Source: a virus (lineage: Duplodnaviria > Caudoviricetes). From it: a stretch of 39,087 bases of DNA. This document shows, one piece after another, positions 7,582 through 18,440 of this stretch. The DNA is taken from the IMG/VR virus record IMGVR_UViG_3300032227_000820, positions 1-39,087 of that record; one strand, given 5' to 3'. The notes beneath the pieces are model-generated. The model was not told the origin of the DNA. It did not search any database and saw nothing but the letters and a program-made list of their open reading frames with translations. The position numbers and the translations under genes are program-made. Position 1 is the stretch's first letter. The number at the start of each line of letters is the position of its first letter.

Positions 7582-10500
7582 TTATTGGAAAATTAATGTA
7601 TTTGTATTTGGATCTATTAAATTCTGTTGTTTAAGAGCTTTTACAACATTTCCAGAATTATCCCTAACTATAGGATCTATATATTGTGGAAAAAGTATTC
7701 CATTTTCTACTATATTAGTATCTTTAGGAGTGTATCTTAGCATAACATTTGTTTCATCAGGTATATGTTTCCAAACAATATATCTGCACCCTCTATAAGG
7801 AGATCCTGTAAAACTTTCTGTAGGCACTGTTGATCCAGAAGAGAATAATGCTAAGTTTACAGATCCATCCAATTCAACTAAAAGTCTACTACCAGTTATT
7901 CCTGAACCTGTTATCATAACATTTTTTATTACATATTCAAAGTTCTCATTCCATCCTAATCTAGAAGCAGAATCATAAAATGATATTCTATCTCCTGTTT
8001 CTAAAGTAAATGGAAGAATAACAGGACTTAGTATTGATGAAGTCCATGCAGTATCACTTGTAGAATTAAAAGTTATTCCATTTGTATTATAAAAATATGC
8101 AATTGTTGAATTAAATACTAATTGATTTGATTGAGATATATAGTATAAACAAGGTTGAGAAGAAGTAACTTCAGTAGTATAATATTCAAAAGCAGCAGTA
8201 GCTGTACCTCCACCACCACCGCCACTCACAGCATCAACACTTGAAATATAGTTACTACAATCAGAAATGCCTGGAGGTAATCCATTATAAGATCCTCCGC
8301 CAGGTGTACATGTACTGCTCCAATTATTTATAAATGCAATATTTTTACTATACCCATTAGAATTTGGATTATTAATTCTTATAGTTTGAGATCTAAGTGT
8401 AGTTCCACAAGATCCGTCTTCTTGCATATAAGTACTTACTATAACATTTACATTATAAGGAACAGGTCCAAGATTGTATGACACATAAAGTTTTACCGCG
8501 TAATTACTAGTTCCAAATCCACCTACACATTCTTCTAATACTGTTTCTGTTGTATACCAACTGATAGTCCAATTTTCTTCTTGAAGTACTTCGTCACCCT
8601 GTGATGCCCCAGATCCTGCTTCTATAATTATTTTTGATGGTGTAGTAAGAGTATAAGATTGTGGATTTACTGATGATCCACTTAAATTGTGTAATATTGG
8701 TAAGTATCTAAAACCACCTTCAAATATTTGTAAATTTGGATTATTAACTAATTGTTGAGTATAAGGATTAGTTTCATCATAATCAAATAAAGATATGTTT
8801 GTAGTTTCATTTGATTTAAAAATATTTTGTACAGTGAATATATTTTTATTAGCTTTAGTAAGATCTAAAACATTTTCTGAATTATCTATTATATATTTTA
8901 TTTGAGCATTAGATCTACCAGGTAAAAATTGAGATTCTGCGTATATATCTATTAAATAAGCATATTGATATTTTATTTTATCTATAGTAGCTGTTTTACC
9001 ATATGAAATATCACCTGGGGTATAAACATTATATTGAGCACTATTAATTGTAGATCCAATGTATCTAGGATAAATAGATCTTTTTAAATTATAGTTATAA
9101 TCTTGAACATACGCGTAAGCACTATTAGGATTTGTATATGTTGCGTAATTATTTATTTGAGAGTTATTTATAGATTCAGTTACTATTCCATAATTAATCG
9201 GTATAGTTTGATCAGCGTTATAATCTAAATCAAAAAGTATCTGTGATCTTACTGATTGAGAAATATTTTGATATAAAGCTCCTAATGAATATGTTACAAA
9301 TAAAGAACTTGAAGGAAGCTGTGATATTTCAAATTGGGGAAGTGCTTGCCCATCTGTAACTGTTATTGTAGAACCGCTAAATTCACCAGTATATTTTTCT
9401 ATTCCATCAGAACTTATAAAATAAACTGATCCAGAAGGAGTCATAACGCTACCTGAAAATGAAGTAGAACCAATGACTGCTCCCGCAGATGAACCAGATA
9501 TAAATGCAGTATCAATAGATTGAGAATAATCATTAAAACTTGCACTAGGTTCATGACGAGCGTATTTGTTTCTCTCTAACATGTGAGATTTAACTATAAT
9601 ACCTGTAGAGAGATTAGATCTAGCAGGAATATAGTCTTTAATCATTTTAAATAAAGAGTTATTATAAAACTTTATTAACCTTATATATTCCCAAATACTA
9701 TTAGGTCGTGTGTAATTACTGAAGTAGGTATTTTTAAAATTATCTAGAGGTATATAAGATGCTGAGTATTGATATCCCGGAGCACCTATTAATTGATCAA
9801 TAGAAAAATATCCTTGAGAAGAAACTATATTATTATTAATAGTATCAGCTGGTGAGAATCCAACTTCTACATTTGTAGTATTAATTCTATTAATATTTTG
9901 ATAATATTGTATACTAGCTTCTGGATGCAGTAAGGATGAAGACAAAGTTAAACTACTAGTAACATTTCCATTACTTCCTGTTACTATAGCAACTTTATAT
10001 GCAGATGAATCTAAATCAAAAATACCGTCTACAGAATTTATAGGAGTTCCTCCAAATTCTCTAACAGTTAATATATCATCAGGAATACCAAAAGTACTAA
10101 TAAGTGCTTTAACCCCTCTTTCTGTACCTTTACTTTTAAGTAAGTAAGGTAAATTATGATAAAGTCTTTTATATAATTCTTGTTGGATCTCTTTAACAGA
10201 AAGTGTTTCTAAATTTGAAGTAACATACTTTCCTCCAATAGCCGTTATTTTTTCTGATCCTGTTGGAGGAAGTAAAGATCCATCCGTATTGATTCCAAAC
10301 AATGTATAATAGAGGTTATCAGATACATTTGAGTTTGTATATAATTGAATACCAAGTCCTCTTAATGCGTCTCCAACAACGTCTAATGATATTCCTGTAT
10401 CAGGATTATTGGTAGCATTATACCTATTAGAAAGATCCTTATAGTATATCCAAATATTATCAAAGTGTTGACCAATCATATCCATAAAGGTAATGAAAGG

Positions 10501-11805
10501 TTGATTATTTGGATCATCTAGTAAGTACTGCGGTATAGAATTATGTAACAAATCTTTATTTGTCGAGTCATAATAAGATGCGCTAAATAATAAAGATTGA
10601 GTAGTTGGTGTTGGAACTATACTAGTCGATCCTAAAAAGTTATTAGCTTGAGAAGAAGTTACTGAATATAATTGATAAGGTTGAGTTGATGTAGATTTTG
10701 GCCAAGCCCAACTTGATGAGTTAAAATACAAAAAGTATTCATAAGTATCAAATTTTTCTATTATATTATCTATAGCTTGTTGAGCAGAATCTATAGAGTT
10801 TTCTTTATAAGAAGAATTTCCTGAACCTCCTGCAATTACAGATTGACTATATTGTTGTTGTTTATATTGTTCTATCAATCCAACTTTATATACAAAATTA
10901 CTTACTCTTTCTGTTGCACTTGAAAAATGTATAAAATTAGCAAAGTTAGTATAATCTACATTTATAGCTACAGATCTATCTTGATAATAGCTTAATAATT
11001 TTTGATATGAAGAACTTACCGGGCTTGCTAATAAATTATTATAGTTATAATAAGGAGTAGTTTGTCCGTTTTTATCATTTATTTGAACATTAAAATTAGG
11101 ACCTCTTAATCTATTTGCTTGATCTATATTTTCTGCTTCAACAGTAATAGAAACATTATAACTAACTGATTCAGCTACTTTATCTACTATCCATAATTGA
11201 GATTTTAAATCAAAATCTGCATCTAGTGGCTCATATAATTTTATTAATAGATAAGATCCATCTTCATCTTCTGTATATGATACATTACTTGCTATTATAG
11301 TTTGGTTATTACCAAAATTTAAATAAAATACAGGATAGTAATTTTTATTACTTATGTATGATTGGTATTGTGAAAAACCATTTAATATGCCATCATCACT
11401 TATTGTTTGAGATGCTAGTTTTAATTCAGTTCTTGATGGAGATATTTCTTTAATCCAATAATAAGTACCAAAAGCAGAATTAAATAATCTTTTATAAAAA
11501 TTATATTGTATATTTAAATTACCTCGATTATATCCTCTATTTTTTAAATCTTTTTCTGGATCTAAAGTTAATGAAGAGTAGGTATTATTTTTTGGATTAG
11601 CAGTTAAATATGGATAGTAATCAAATGCATCATAATCAACATCTAATAAATTATTATTTTCATCATAGATATATAATTCTAAATAATCTTCTTCTGCACC
11701 GAATTGACTATTTATAAAATTAGAAGTAACTAATTGTTTATCTAATGGAGTTAAGTCTTGAGATTGAAATCCTTCTCCTGAATATATTATATTAACTAAT
11801 TCCAT
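7582..11805 (-). CDS. large baseplate wedge protein (T4 gp7 / P2 gpI-like)
   Basis: 1407 aa; IPQYL...FMDMIGQHFD and LPYLLKSKGTERGVKALISTFG (KGT motif); lies downstream of the gp25- and gp6-like genes. Confidence 0.7.
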   Translation of the reverse strand: MELVNIIYSGEGFQSQDLTPLDKQLVTSNFINSQFGAEEDYLELYIYDENNNLLDVDYDAFDYYPYLTANPKNNTYSSLTLDPEKDLKNRGYNRGNLNIQYNFYKRLFNSAFGTYYWIKEISPSRTELKLASQTISDDGILNGFSQYQSYISNKNYYPVFYLNFGNNQTIIASNVSYTEDEDGSYLLIKLYEPLDADFDLKSQLWIVDKVAESVSYNVSITVEAENIDQANRLRGPNFNVQINDKNGQTTPYYNYNNLLASPVSSSYQKLLSYYQDRSVAINVDYTNFANFIHFSSATERVSNFVYKVGLIEQYKQQQYSQSVIAGGSGNSSYKENSIDSAQQAIDNIIEKFDTYEYFLYFNSSSWAWPKSTSTQPYQLYSVTSSQANNFLGSTSIVPTPTTQSLLFSASYYDSTNKDLLHNSIPQYLLDDPNNQPFITFMDMIGQHFDNIWIYYKDLSNRYNATNNPDTGISLDVVGDALRGLGIQLYTNSNVSDNLYYTLFGINTDGSLLPPTGSEKITAIGGKYVTSNLETLSVKEIQQELYKRLYHNLPYLLKSKGTERGVKALISTFGIPDDILTVREFGGTPINSVDGIFDLDSSAYKVAIVTGSNGNVTSSLTLSSSLLHPEASIQYYQNINRINTTNVEVGFSPADTINNNIVSSQGYFSIDQLIGAPGYQYSASYIPLDNFKNTYFSNYTRPNSIWEYIRLIKFYNNSLFKMIKDYIPARSNLSTGIIVKSHMLERNKYARHEPSASFNDYSQSIDTAFISGSSAGAVIGSTSFSGSVMTPSGSVYFISSDGIEKYTGEFSGSTITVTDGQALPQFEISQLPSSSLFVTYSLGALYQNISQSVRSQILFDLDYNADQTIPINYGIVTESINNSQINNYATYTNPNSAYAYVQDYNYNLKRSIYPRYIGSTINSAQYNVYTPGDISYGKTATIDKIKYQYAYLIDIYAESQFLPGRSNAQIKYIIDNSENVLDLTKANKNIFTVQNIFKSNETTNISLFDYDETNPYTQQLVNNPNLQIFEGGFRYLPILHNLSGSSVNPQSYTLTTPSKIIIEAGSGASQGDEVLQEENWTISWYTTETVLEECVGGFGTSNYAVKLYVSYNLGPVPYNVNVIVSTYMQEDGSCGTTLRSQTIRINNPNSNGYSKNIAFINNWSSTCTPGGGSYNGLPPGISDCSNYISSVDAVSGGGGGGTATAAFEYYTTEVTSSQPCLYYISQSNQLVFNSTIAYFYNTNGITFNSTSDTAWTSSILSPVILPFTLETGDRISFYDSASRLGWNENFEYVIKNVMITGSGITGSRLLVELDGSVNLALFSSGSTVPTESFTGSPYRGCRYIVWKHIPDETNVMLRYTPKDTNIVENGILFPQYIDPIVRDNSGNVVKALKQQNLIDPNTNTLIFQ

Positions 11806-12146
11806 TATATTATATCATTAATATTTGCAAATGATTGATTTATATCTAAAATTTGTTGACGTAAAGAATTTATTTCTTCTATCAATGCCTGCTTTTCAGC
11901 ATCTAATACAGAACCTCCTATATATTGTTGACTTGTTTCAACTAAATATGTATGAGAATTAATAGTACCATCAACAGGTATAGTAAAAAATAATTGATTA
12001 TAATATTCAAAAAACTGATCAACTGTTATTTCATTGGTTGGAGCTTCAACAACAGTAGGTTGCAGTAGCTCAGTAAAATTAGTATCTATAGCTTTACTAT
12101 ATGTATTAAGCCCATAAATCTCTTTAACCATTTCTACATTTGCCAT
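11805..12146 (-). CDS. hypothetical protein (baseplate operon)
   Basis: 113 aa, TAATG-coupled to both neighbours, C-terminal coiled coil. Confidence 0.8.
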   Translation of the reverse strand: MANVEMVKEIYGLNTYSKAIDTNFTELLQPTVVEAPTNEITVDQFFEYYNQLFFTIPVDGTINSHTYLVETSQQYIGGSVLDAEKQALIEEINSLRQQILDINQSFANINDII

Positions 12147-13252
12147 TATCTAGTAACTTTAAATATTAAATTATTATCTATTTCATAAGATGAACCATCA
12201 GATAGTACTGTTTTAATCAATATCTTATAATATCTTTCTGGTTCAAGACCATTCATATACAGATTAAAATAACTATTTATTCCATCACAACTAATCTTTG
12301 TATACGAAGTGTCATAATCTATTAATATATCATTTGTCTTTACATCTTGTAAAGCCCAATAAGATGTTTGTGGAAGAGCTTTATTTGTCGTATATAAAGA
12401 AGAAGTTGTAAATGTCCTAACAGGATATTTATCTCTTGAATTTATATTAAACCTATATTTTCCTGTTCCATATTTGTATGTATCTAAATTATTAGATAGT
12501 GTAATTACGCTATCTGTACTATTAATTACAGAAAGACTACCAGTAAAATATGAACTATCATCCCACTTTATTTCTAAGGTTGGAGGATATATTGTATGGG
12601 TATCAACTGAGAAGAAACTTAATCCTATATAACTTCCTGAATTTTGTTCAATTGCATTAATATGTTTAGCTATAAATCCATAATTTGATCTAGAACCATT
12701 AAACCAAGTATTAACTATAGAGCTAACATCTACATTTATATCTTTATTATCTGGATAATTAAATGATTGTGTAACTACTAAATTTGTCCATGAACCACCA
12801 CCAGGAGTTAAATAATATCCACCACTTCCCCATTGATTAGAAGCAGTTGTAAATTGATTAGGGCTATACCAACATGCACCGTTTCTAGTCTCAGGAGAGT
12901 CTCCAAATTTTCCTGTTCCCATTTCCCAAGACTGAGAAACTTGCCTAAATTCTAAACTATATGTTGTATTTAAGTTCTCAGCAGTGGCTAAAAATAATCT
13001 TAAATTAGTTTTCCATGATCCTGTAGTATAGGTTTTTAATGTAGCAATATCTAAATCAGAAAAAGATATAATGGCTCTCCTTAAATCATCTTGAAGTAAA
13101 GGTTCAGAAGGAATAGGTTCTACAAAATAATTAGATGGATTATTTGAATTTTTAACTGATACTTCTAGTATTCCATCTAGGCCAGTATTAGCGGCAGGAC
13201 TACTTGAATATAAAGTAGTATCAGAAGAAGCAAATATTTTATATACAGCCAT
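12146..13252 (-). CDS. virion structural protein with DNRLRE-like beta-sandwich domain
   Basis: DTTLYS...NTG...RAIISF...LRLF...SWEMG...DVSSIV..W...NYGFI...F.S.D...PTLEIKW pattern. Confidence 0.65.
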   Translation of the reverse strand: MAVYKIFASSDTTLYSSSPAANTGLDGILEVSVKNSNNPSNYFVEPIPSEPLLQDDLRRAIISFSDLDIATLKTYTTGSWKTNLRLFLATAENLNTTYSLEFRQVSQSWEMGTGKFGDSPETRNGACWYSPNQFTTASNQWGSGGYYLTPGGGSWTNLVVTQSFNYPDNKDINVDVSSIVNTWFNGSRSNYGFIAKHINAIEQNSGSYIGLSFFSVDTHTIYPPTLEIKWDDSSYFTGSLSVINSTDSVITLSNNLDTYKYGTGKYRFNINSRDKYPVRTFTTSSLYTTNKALPQTSYWALQDVKTNDILIDYDTSYTKISCDGINSYFNLYMNGLEPERYYKILIKTVLSDGSSYEIDNNLIFKVTR

Positions 13253-13263
13253 TTTTTATTTTT

Positions 13264-15123
13264 TTACATTGTTACTACACGACCTTGAATATCTATATTA
13301 GGGAATTTTACTTCAAATATAGAAGGATCTAAAGATGGATAAATTACCCCATTTAAAGTACCTGCCGATATATCATAAGAATATTTTGAATATCCATTAG
13401 TCTCTCCTGTTTTATTTACTATTCTTACATCTTTTACTGTTTGAACTCCCTCAACTACATCTAGCAAAGAATAAATGTCTCCTAATATAATTGGTTCATT
13501 TATTTGCCAACTATTTACATTGAAATAATCTTGTAAAGATAATATGCATCTAGCAACTACATCTTGACCTGTATAATTAGGTCTAATAATAATATCAAAA
13601 TTGCAACCTATATTAATTATATAAGCAGGCTTAATATTAATAGCGTCAGTCATCATTCTATAATCTGACAAGTAGGTTTGTAGATTTTGAAGTAGAGCTG
13701 GTGAAGGATCGGCTAAATTATTATTAGCATTAAGACCTAGTACATAAAGACTTACTAATACTTGATCTTTTTGGCTAATATCTCCTTGCATGTAATTATT
13801 AAATGTAGCATCATCTTTGGTTACATATGCTTTTGATATTTTACCGTATTGAGAAGGCATGCTAAGAGTTCTAGCTAAATAATCTTCTTGGGTTACTGCT
13901 CTATACTGAGTTGGAAACTCTGCAGCAATATTCATTCTAAGTTCATCCACAGTATCTCCGTCTCCACCACCAGAAGCTGGATCAGAATTATTTACAACTA
14001 TTGTATTTTGATATGTTGTATTTCCTGTTACTGTATAAGATACTATTTGAGTTAATTGATTACTTAAAGCGTTTGCAGAAGCTCCTCCACCTACTAGATA
14101 TTGAAATGATATGCTTGTATTTTTTGGAGCTAGTCCATAAGTTTGTGTTGTGACAAAGTTAGTTGGATCAAATGAGCTAGATAGAGTACTAAGACCTCCA
14201 CCGGTTAAACCTACACTAACATTGTTAGGATTAGGTAAAACAGCGGTATCAGCAACTGAATTAATACCAGAACCAAATTCAATTTCTAATGATCCATCAG
14301 ATTTAAACCTAGATGTGAACCTTCTAGGTACAGATAATTTCTGTATCATATAAGGAACTTGATTTTGAAATTGATATAAAGATGGATAGTTAGCAGCTGT
14401 ATTTTCTACCGGTTTTAATATATAATCTTGTGCTAAATAAGGAACTTCATACCAGGTATTGCCATCAGAATCTTTTGCTTCTAATATAGTAACGATAGAA
14501 CTATCTGATAAATTCACCGTCGCAAATCTTTGCGGAGATGTAAAACTAAAAGTTTGAGTTTTTATTTGTCCTGATAAAGCTTGAACAGTCTTTTTTAAAA
14601 GATAGGATGTAGGAACATTACTTCCATTTATTGTATAAACTTCCACAGTAGTTGGATCCATTGAAGAAGAAGTTGCAAAATTTACTTTTTGCGGAGTATA
14701 AAAAACAACTGAACTATTCACATTTGATTTTACTTGCATTCCCTGTTCAATAGTCATTGCATAACTAAAATCAGGAACTACATTCCCACCTCCAACACTA
14801 ACTGCCGGGACTTGTTGATAAACATCAAGATTTACTATAGCAGCAGAAGTTACTTTAGGTCTATATCCTAACATATAAGCTAAAGTAAATAAATTACCTT
14901 TTTGCTTAGCATATTGTAAAAATGTTTCTTGAAGTTGATTGTCTAAATAGAATGAAAGTACGTCGCCTACATAAGAAGCCATATCAATGAACATACTACC
15001 AGGAGAGGCCTGGGTAAAGTCATTATATACTGTAGGATAGTATGCTCTTGCATATTCTATTAGATCTGCTTTTAAAGAAGCAAAATCTTTGTTTAAATAT
15101 TTAATGTCAACTTGGTTAGCCAT
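13264..15123 (-). CDS. baseplate wedge subunit (T4 gp6 / baseplate J-like)
   Basis: KDFASLK..LI, DMASYVGDVLSFYLD, LAYMLGY.P, FGSG, Y.VGGG..AN, GGGDGDT..E, RAVTQEDY. Confidence 0.9.
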   Translation of the reverse strand: MANQVDIKYLNKDFASLKADLIEYARAYYPTVYNDFTQASPGSMFIDMASYVGDVLSFYLDNQLQETFLQYAKQKGNLFTLAYMLGYRPKVTSAAIVNLDVYQQVPAVSVGGGNVVPDFSYAMTIEQGMQVKSNVNSSVVFYTPQKVNFATSSSMDPTTVEVYTINGSNVPTSYLLKKTVQALSGQIKTQTFSFTSPQRFATVNLSDSSIVTILEAKDSDGNTWYEVPYLAQDYILKPVENTAANYPSLYQFQNQVPYMIQKLSVPRRFTSRFKSDGSLEIEFGSGINSVADTAVLPNPNNVSVGLTGGGLSTLSSSFDPTNFVTTQTYGLAPKNTSISFQYLVGGGASANALSNQLTQIVSYTVTGNTTYQNTIVVNNSDPASGGGDGDTVDELRMNIAAEFPTQYRAVTQEDYLARTLSMPSQYGKISKAYVTKDDATFNNYMQGDISQKDQVLVSLYVLGLNANNNLADPSPALLQNLQTYLSDYRMMTDAINIKPAYIINIGCNFDIIIRPNYTGQDVVARCILSLQDYFNVNSWQINEPIILGDIYSLLDVVEGVQTVKDVRIVNKTGETNGYSKYSYDISAGTLNGVIYPSLDPSIFEVKFPNIDIQGRVVTM

Positions 15124-15125
15124 TT

Positions 15126-15539
15126 TTACATGTTTTGTATAGTCAATACAACTGAATCATTTTCATTTGATCTTAATAGTCTATAACTAAATTTTATGTT
15201 AATCGAATTATAATCAGGACTTCCTATTATATCTAAAGTAGTAACTTGAACTTGAGGGAATTGATTTTCCATTTGAGTTCTTATAGACTGCTTAACTTCC
15301 TCAAAAGACGCTTGATCTATCTGTTCAAATAATCTAGCTCTAAGACCTGCTCCAAAAGTAGGATTAAAAACCCTTTCCCTTGGATCAGTTAATAGGAAAT
15401 TGATAATATTATACTTTATTTGATCCTTTGTAGTATATACAGAGGAGAATACATTTTCAGCATCAAAAGGGATTTTAACTCCAATTGCTGTTGAAGGTTT
15501 AAGATCTAACGGTGATATTTGTTTTAATCCGTAAGCCAT
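15126..15539 (-). CDS. baseplate wedge protein, gp25/GPW-like
   Basis: QIKYNIINFLLTDPRERVFNPTFGAGLRARLFE...FPQV is the gp25-family signature; directly upstream of the gp6-like gene. Confidence 0.9.
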   Translation of the reverse strand: MAYGLKQISPLDLKPSTAIGVKIPFDAENVFSSVYTTKDQIKYNIINFLLTDPRERVFNPTFGAGLRARLFEQIDQASFEEVKQSIRTQMENQFPQVQVTTLDIIGSPDYNSINIKFSYRLLRSNENDSVVLTIQNM

Positions 15540-15979
15540 TATATCTGTCCTTGTTCTTTAAGTTTTGCCATAAGTCCAGTAAAATCAGGAACTTCATTTA
15601 TTTGTACGGCATTTAAATTTGAACTAGGTCTTGCTGTTCCTAACATGCCTTCTACACTGCCAACTTTAACTTCTTTAGGCTGAAAAGCAAGCCCAGGATG
15701 AACATTATCTGAAGTCATATTAAAGTCTTCATTTAACATACTTTGAGCAGTATCATTTAAGAACGCTGCCATTGGATTATTTCCTGTAAATTTAACAGGT
15801 TTAGGAGCAGAAGTATTTAGAGTTCCAGGTATTTTTGCTTTTACCTGTTCCTGCAAACTCTTTTTAGGGTCTGTCATAGGAGTTTTCTTAACCTCACTTA
15901 ATAGTTTAGGAAGTTCCTCTTTAAGAACAGATCTAAGCTCCTCTCTAATTAATTTCCTTAATTGGTCTACTTGTCCCAT
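15539..15979 (-). CDS. hypothetical protein with LRKLIREE leader
   Basis: 146 aa, MGQVDQLRKLIREELRSVLKEE; preceded by ATATTTAT. Confidence 0.8.
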   Translation of the reverse strand: MGQVDQLRKLIREELRSVLKEELPKLLSEVKKTPMTDPKKSLQEQVKAKIPGTLNTSAPKPVKFTGNNPMAAFLNDTAQSMLNEDFNMTSDNVHPGLAFQPKEVKVGSVEGMLGTARPSSNLNAVQINEVPDFTGLMAKLKEQGQI

Positions 15980-15984
15980 ATCTT

Positions 15985-15992
15985 ATAAATAT
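15985..15992 (-). promoter_or_regulatory. ATATTTAT putative late promoter
   Basis: 5 nt upstream of ATG 15979. Confidence 0.6.
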
Positions 15993-17989
15993 TATTTTAG
16001 AGCATTTTTAAGTTTATTTATCTCTTTATCTATTTGTATTATTCTATTTAATGTTACAATCTGGATTGCAGGGCCTCCAGTTATTAATAATAACTTAAGC
16101 TTTTTTTTCTCGTCTTCTAATTCTTGTATTTTTAATTTAGCAGTTTCTTTTTCTTTTTCTTTTATTATAGATTGAGAATAAGTTGAATTAGGATCTGTAG
16201 ATTTTAAATTTTTAATTAAATCTTGATTCTGTTTAATTAGTTTTTTTCTAACTCTTTTTCTTAAAGCTTTGCCTCCTGGTAAATTATTTATAAATGATTG
16301 AAGCCCTATTTCTTGTTCATTTTCTTCTAAATTGTTTAAATCACCTGCAGTTAATTCCACAGAATCAATAGATGCATCCTGGTCATCTAAATACTTTAAA
16401 GATTCAGAAATAGTAATAGATTCTTCTGGAGATAGCGAATTTAAACCTGTTTTAACTAATCCTTTTGAAGAGAGTATTAATTTTACTTCATTGATTATGA
16501 TTAAATCTAAAGAAGCAAAAGTAGGTGTAGACTGTGCAACAATATACCCATCAATATCTCTAGCTATTCCGTATCTTCTTCTTATATTTATTCCTTCATC
16601 TACTACTTCTTCAGTAGTTATTTCTATTACGTATTTTCCAAATGTTCTATTTATTCTATCTTGTGCATTATTATACCTATCTAAAAAATCTTGAAGGTTA
16701 TTAATTGTTGATGCAGCATTATTTATAGTAGTCTGCATTTCTTCTTTTAAATCATCTGGCGCGTTTACACAATTTTCTAAATTTAGTAATATTAAATTTA
16801 TTTTTTGTATAATATCATATAATCCTATTATCATTGTTTGAGCTAATCCCGCTATAGCTCCTAGTAATACATTTATTTGAGCTAATCTTTTTACTAATTT
16901 CTTTTTTCCTCTTTCTTCAAAAACTTCTGTTAAAGTATAACTTTGACCAGTTATAGCGCCTGTTGGTAGAAAAAAAGCTGGTATTGGAAATGTTAAAAAA
17001 AATGCTACTAAGAAATCGTAGACTCTAATTAATATAATTGCTATTTTTATTATTGCTTGAGCTGTAGTTATATAAGATAATAATTTATTACCTAAAGAAA
17101 TCAAATTATTTGCAGCTTTTAATATTTGTTTTAATAAAGGTATTAATTTTGTAGGAGTTATAATTTTATTTATCTTTTCTATTTCTTTTTGAACATCACC
17201 TCCTAATATAGAATCAGCAAGATTAACAAAAGAAGCTGGAGTATTTAATCCTTGTATAGCTATTGCATAAACTCTAATTTGATCTACTGTTCTTATTATT
17301 TTTTGTAATTCCTCGTTTGGAATTTGTCTAAGATCAGTATACCTATTGAATAAACCTAAAGCATTAGTTAAAAAATTTGATGCAACAGAAAGAGATGGAA
17401 ATGCTTTATTTAATTCTGGATTGCTTATAGGAAAGTTAGGATTATTAGTAATATTAAATATTTCTGTTATATCTTTAGTTAGATTATATAATCCAAGTTT
17501 ACTATCTGGGTTTTTTGCATCTCCATAGCTATTATAATAATCGTCTATTTTTTTCTGTACGTTATAAGCTGCCTTTTGAAGTCTCCATTTGGACAGTGCA
17601 AATGGGTTATCTGGTGGTTCTTCATTAGGATCAAATTTTTTACCTCCTGGTATTTCATTAATTGCATAGCTTAATAAGTTACACAAATCAACAGAAGCTA
17701 TATCTTCTAATATATTAGTAATACCTCTATCAATAGCTTTAGTTATAGGATTATTACTATTCTGTTTCTGAAATTTACCATAGATAATTCCTAAAACAGA
17801 TCCTTGAGCTTTTATTATAAATTTATAAATTACTGCTATTACTTTTTCTAATCCTTTTGCAGTAGTTGTATTTGTATTTAATTTAGGATCTCCAAAATTT
17901 ACAACTCCTTTTTGGTACCTTTCTTTTGCTGCTGCTGCACCTTTTTCAAAACTAGCTTGTGCTGATGGATTAATAGTTGGTAATGCCAT
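15992..17989 (-). CDS. helical tail/baseplate-region protein with central hydrophobic segments
   Basis: Likely start ATG 17989 (MALPTINPS), just after the upstream stop; 665 aa; hydrophobic stretch IIKIAIILIRVYDFLVAFFLTFPIPAFF. Confidence 0.75.
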   Translation of the reverse strand: MALPTINPSAQASFEKGAAAAKERYQKGVVNFGDPKLNTNTTTAKGLEKVIAVIYKFIIKAQGSVLGIIYGKFQKQNSNNPITKAIDRGITNILEDIASVDLCNLLSYAINEIPGGKKFDPNEEPPDNPFALSKWRLQKAAYNVQKKIDDYYNSYGDAKNPDSKLGLYNLTKDITEIFNITNNPNFPISNPELNKAFPSLSVASNFLTNALGLFNRYTDLRQIPNEELQKIIRTVDQIRVYAIAIQGLNTPASFVNLADSILGGDVQKEIEKINKIITPTKLIPLLKQILKAANNLISLGNKLLSYITTAQAIIKIAIILIRVYDFLVAFFLTFPIPAFFLPTGAITGQSYTLTEVFEERGKKKLVKRLAQINVLLGAIAGLAQTMIIGLYDIIQKINLILLNLENCVNAPDDLKEEMQTTINNAASTINNLQDFLDRYNNAQDRINRTFGKYVIEITTEEVVDEGINIRRRYGIARDIDGYIVAQSTPTFASLDLIIINEVKLILSSKGLVKTGLNSLSPEESITISESLKYLDDQDASIDSVELTAGDLNNLEENEQEIGLQSFINNLPGGKALRKRVRKKLIKQNQDLIKNLKSTDPNSTYSQSIIKEKEKETAKLKIQELEDEKKKLKLLLITGGPAIQIVTLNRIIQIDKEINKLKNALK

Positions 17990-17990
17990 G

Positions 17991-18440
17991 TTATCTAGTA
18001 TATGTTCTTTTAGATAATATTTGTGATTCTCCAACTAAAAAACCTCTAAGTCTTTCTGTTTCTTGAGAAATAGCTTGACCAGCTCCTGCAATTATACCCA
18101 TGCTTGCTCCTAGATCAGATTCAGAAACATTTGAAAGCTGATCTCCAACACTTTTTAATACTGATAGTAAAATTGTTAATTGTGTATTAAGAGTCCTTCC
18201 TAAAACTAAAGGTTCACCTAATGCTTCAGCATCATTACCTAATTCTATTTTATTAGTATAAATTAAAACTTTATCATTAGCATCTAAATTTATAGTTTTA
18301 GGAGAAGATAATGATACTGCTTGTTTACCAAATAAAAATATAGAATCATTTTTAGAATGTAATAATACTCTATCGGATGATAATATTATTTGATCACCTT
18401 TATATGGAAAATCTGGTTTATATGGTGGAGTTATTGCCAT
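17991..18440 (-). CDS. baseplate spike (gp5/VgrG-like), C-terminal part
   Basis: QIILSSDRVLLHSKNDSIFLFGKQAVSLSSPKTINLDA beta-helix-like repeats followed by IELG...EPLVLG. Confidence 0.6.
   Translation of the reverse strand: MAITPPYKPDFPYKGDQIILSSDRVLLHSKNDSIFLFGKQAVSLSSPKTINLDANDKVLIYTNKIELGNDAEALGEPLVLGRTLNTQLTILLSVLKSVGDQLSNVSESDLGASMGIIAGAGQAISQETERLRGFLVGESQILSKRTYTR

Noticed and set aside
17989-18034. Track start at 18034 for the 680 aa ORF (likewise 1950 and 2200 for two early ORFs)
   Set aside because: These alternative starts add overlaps or low-complexity extensions; ATGs at 17989, 2001 and 2275 fit gene packing better.
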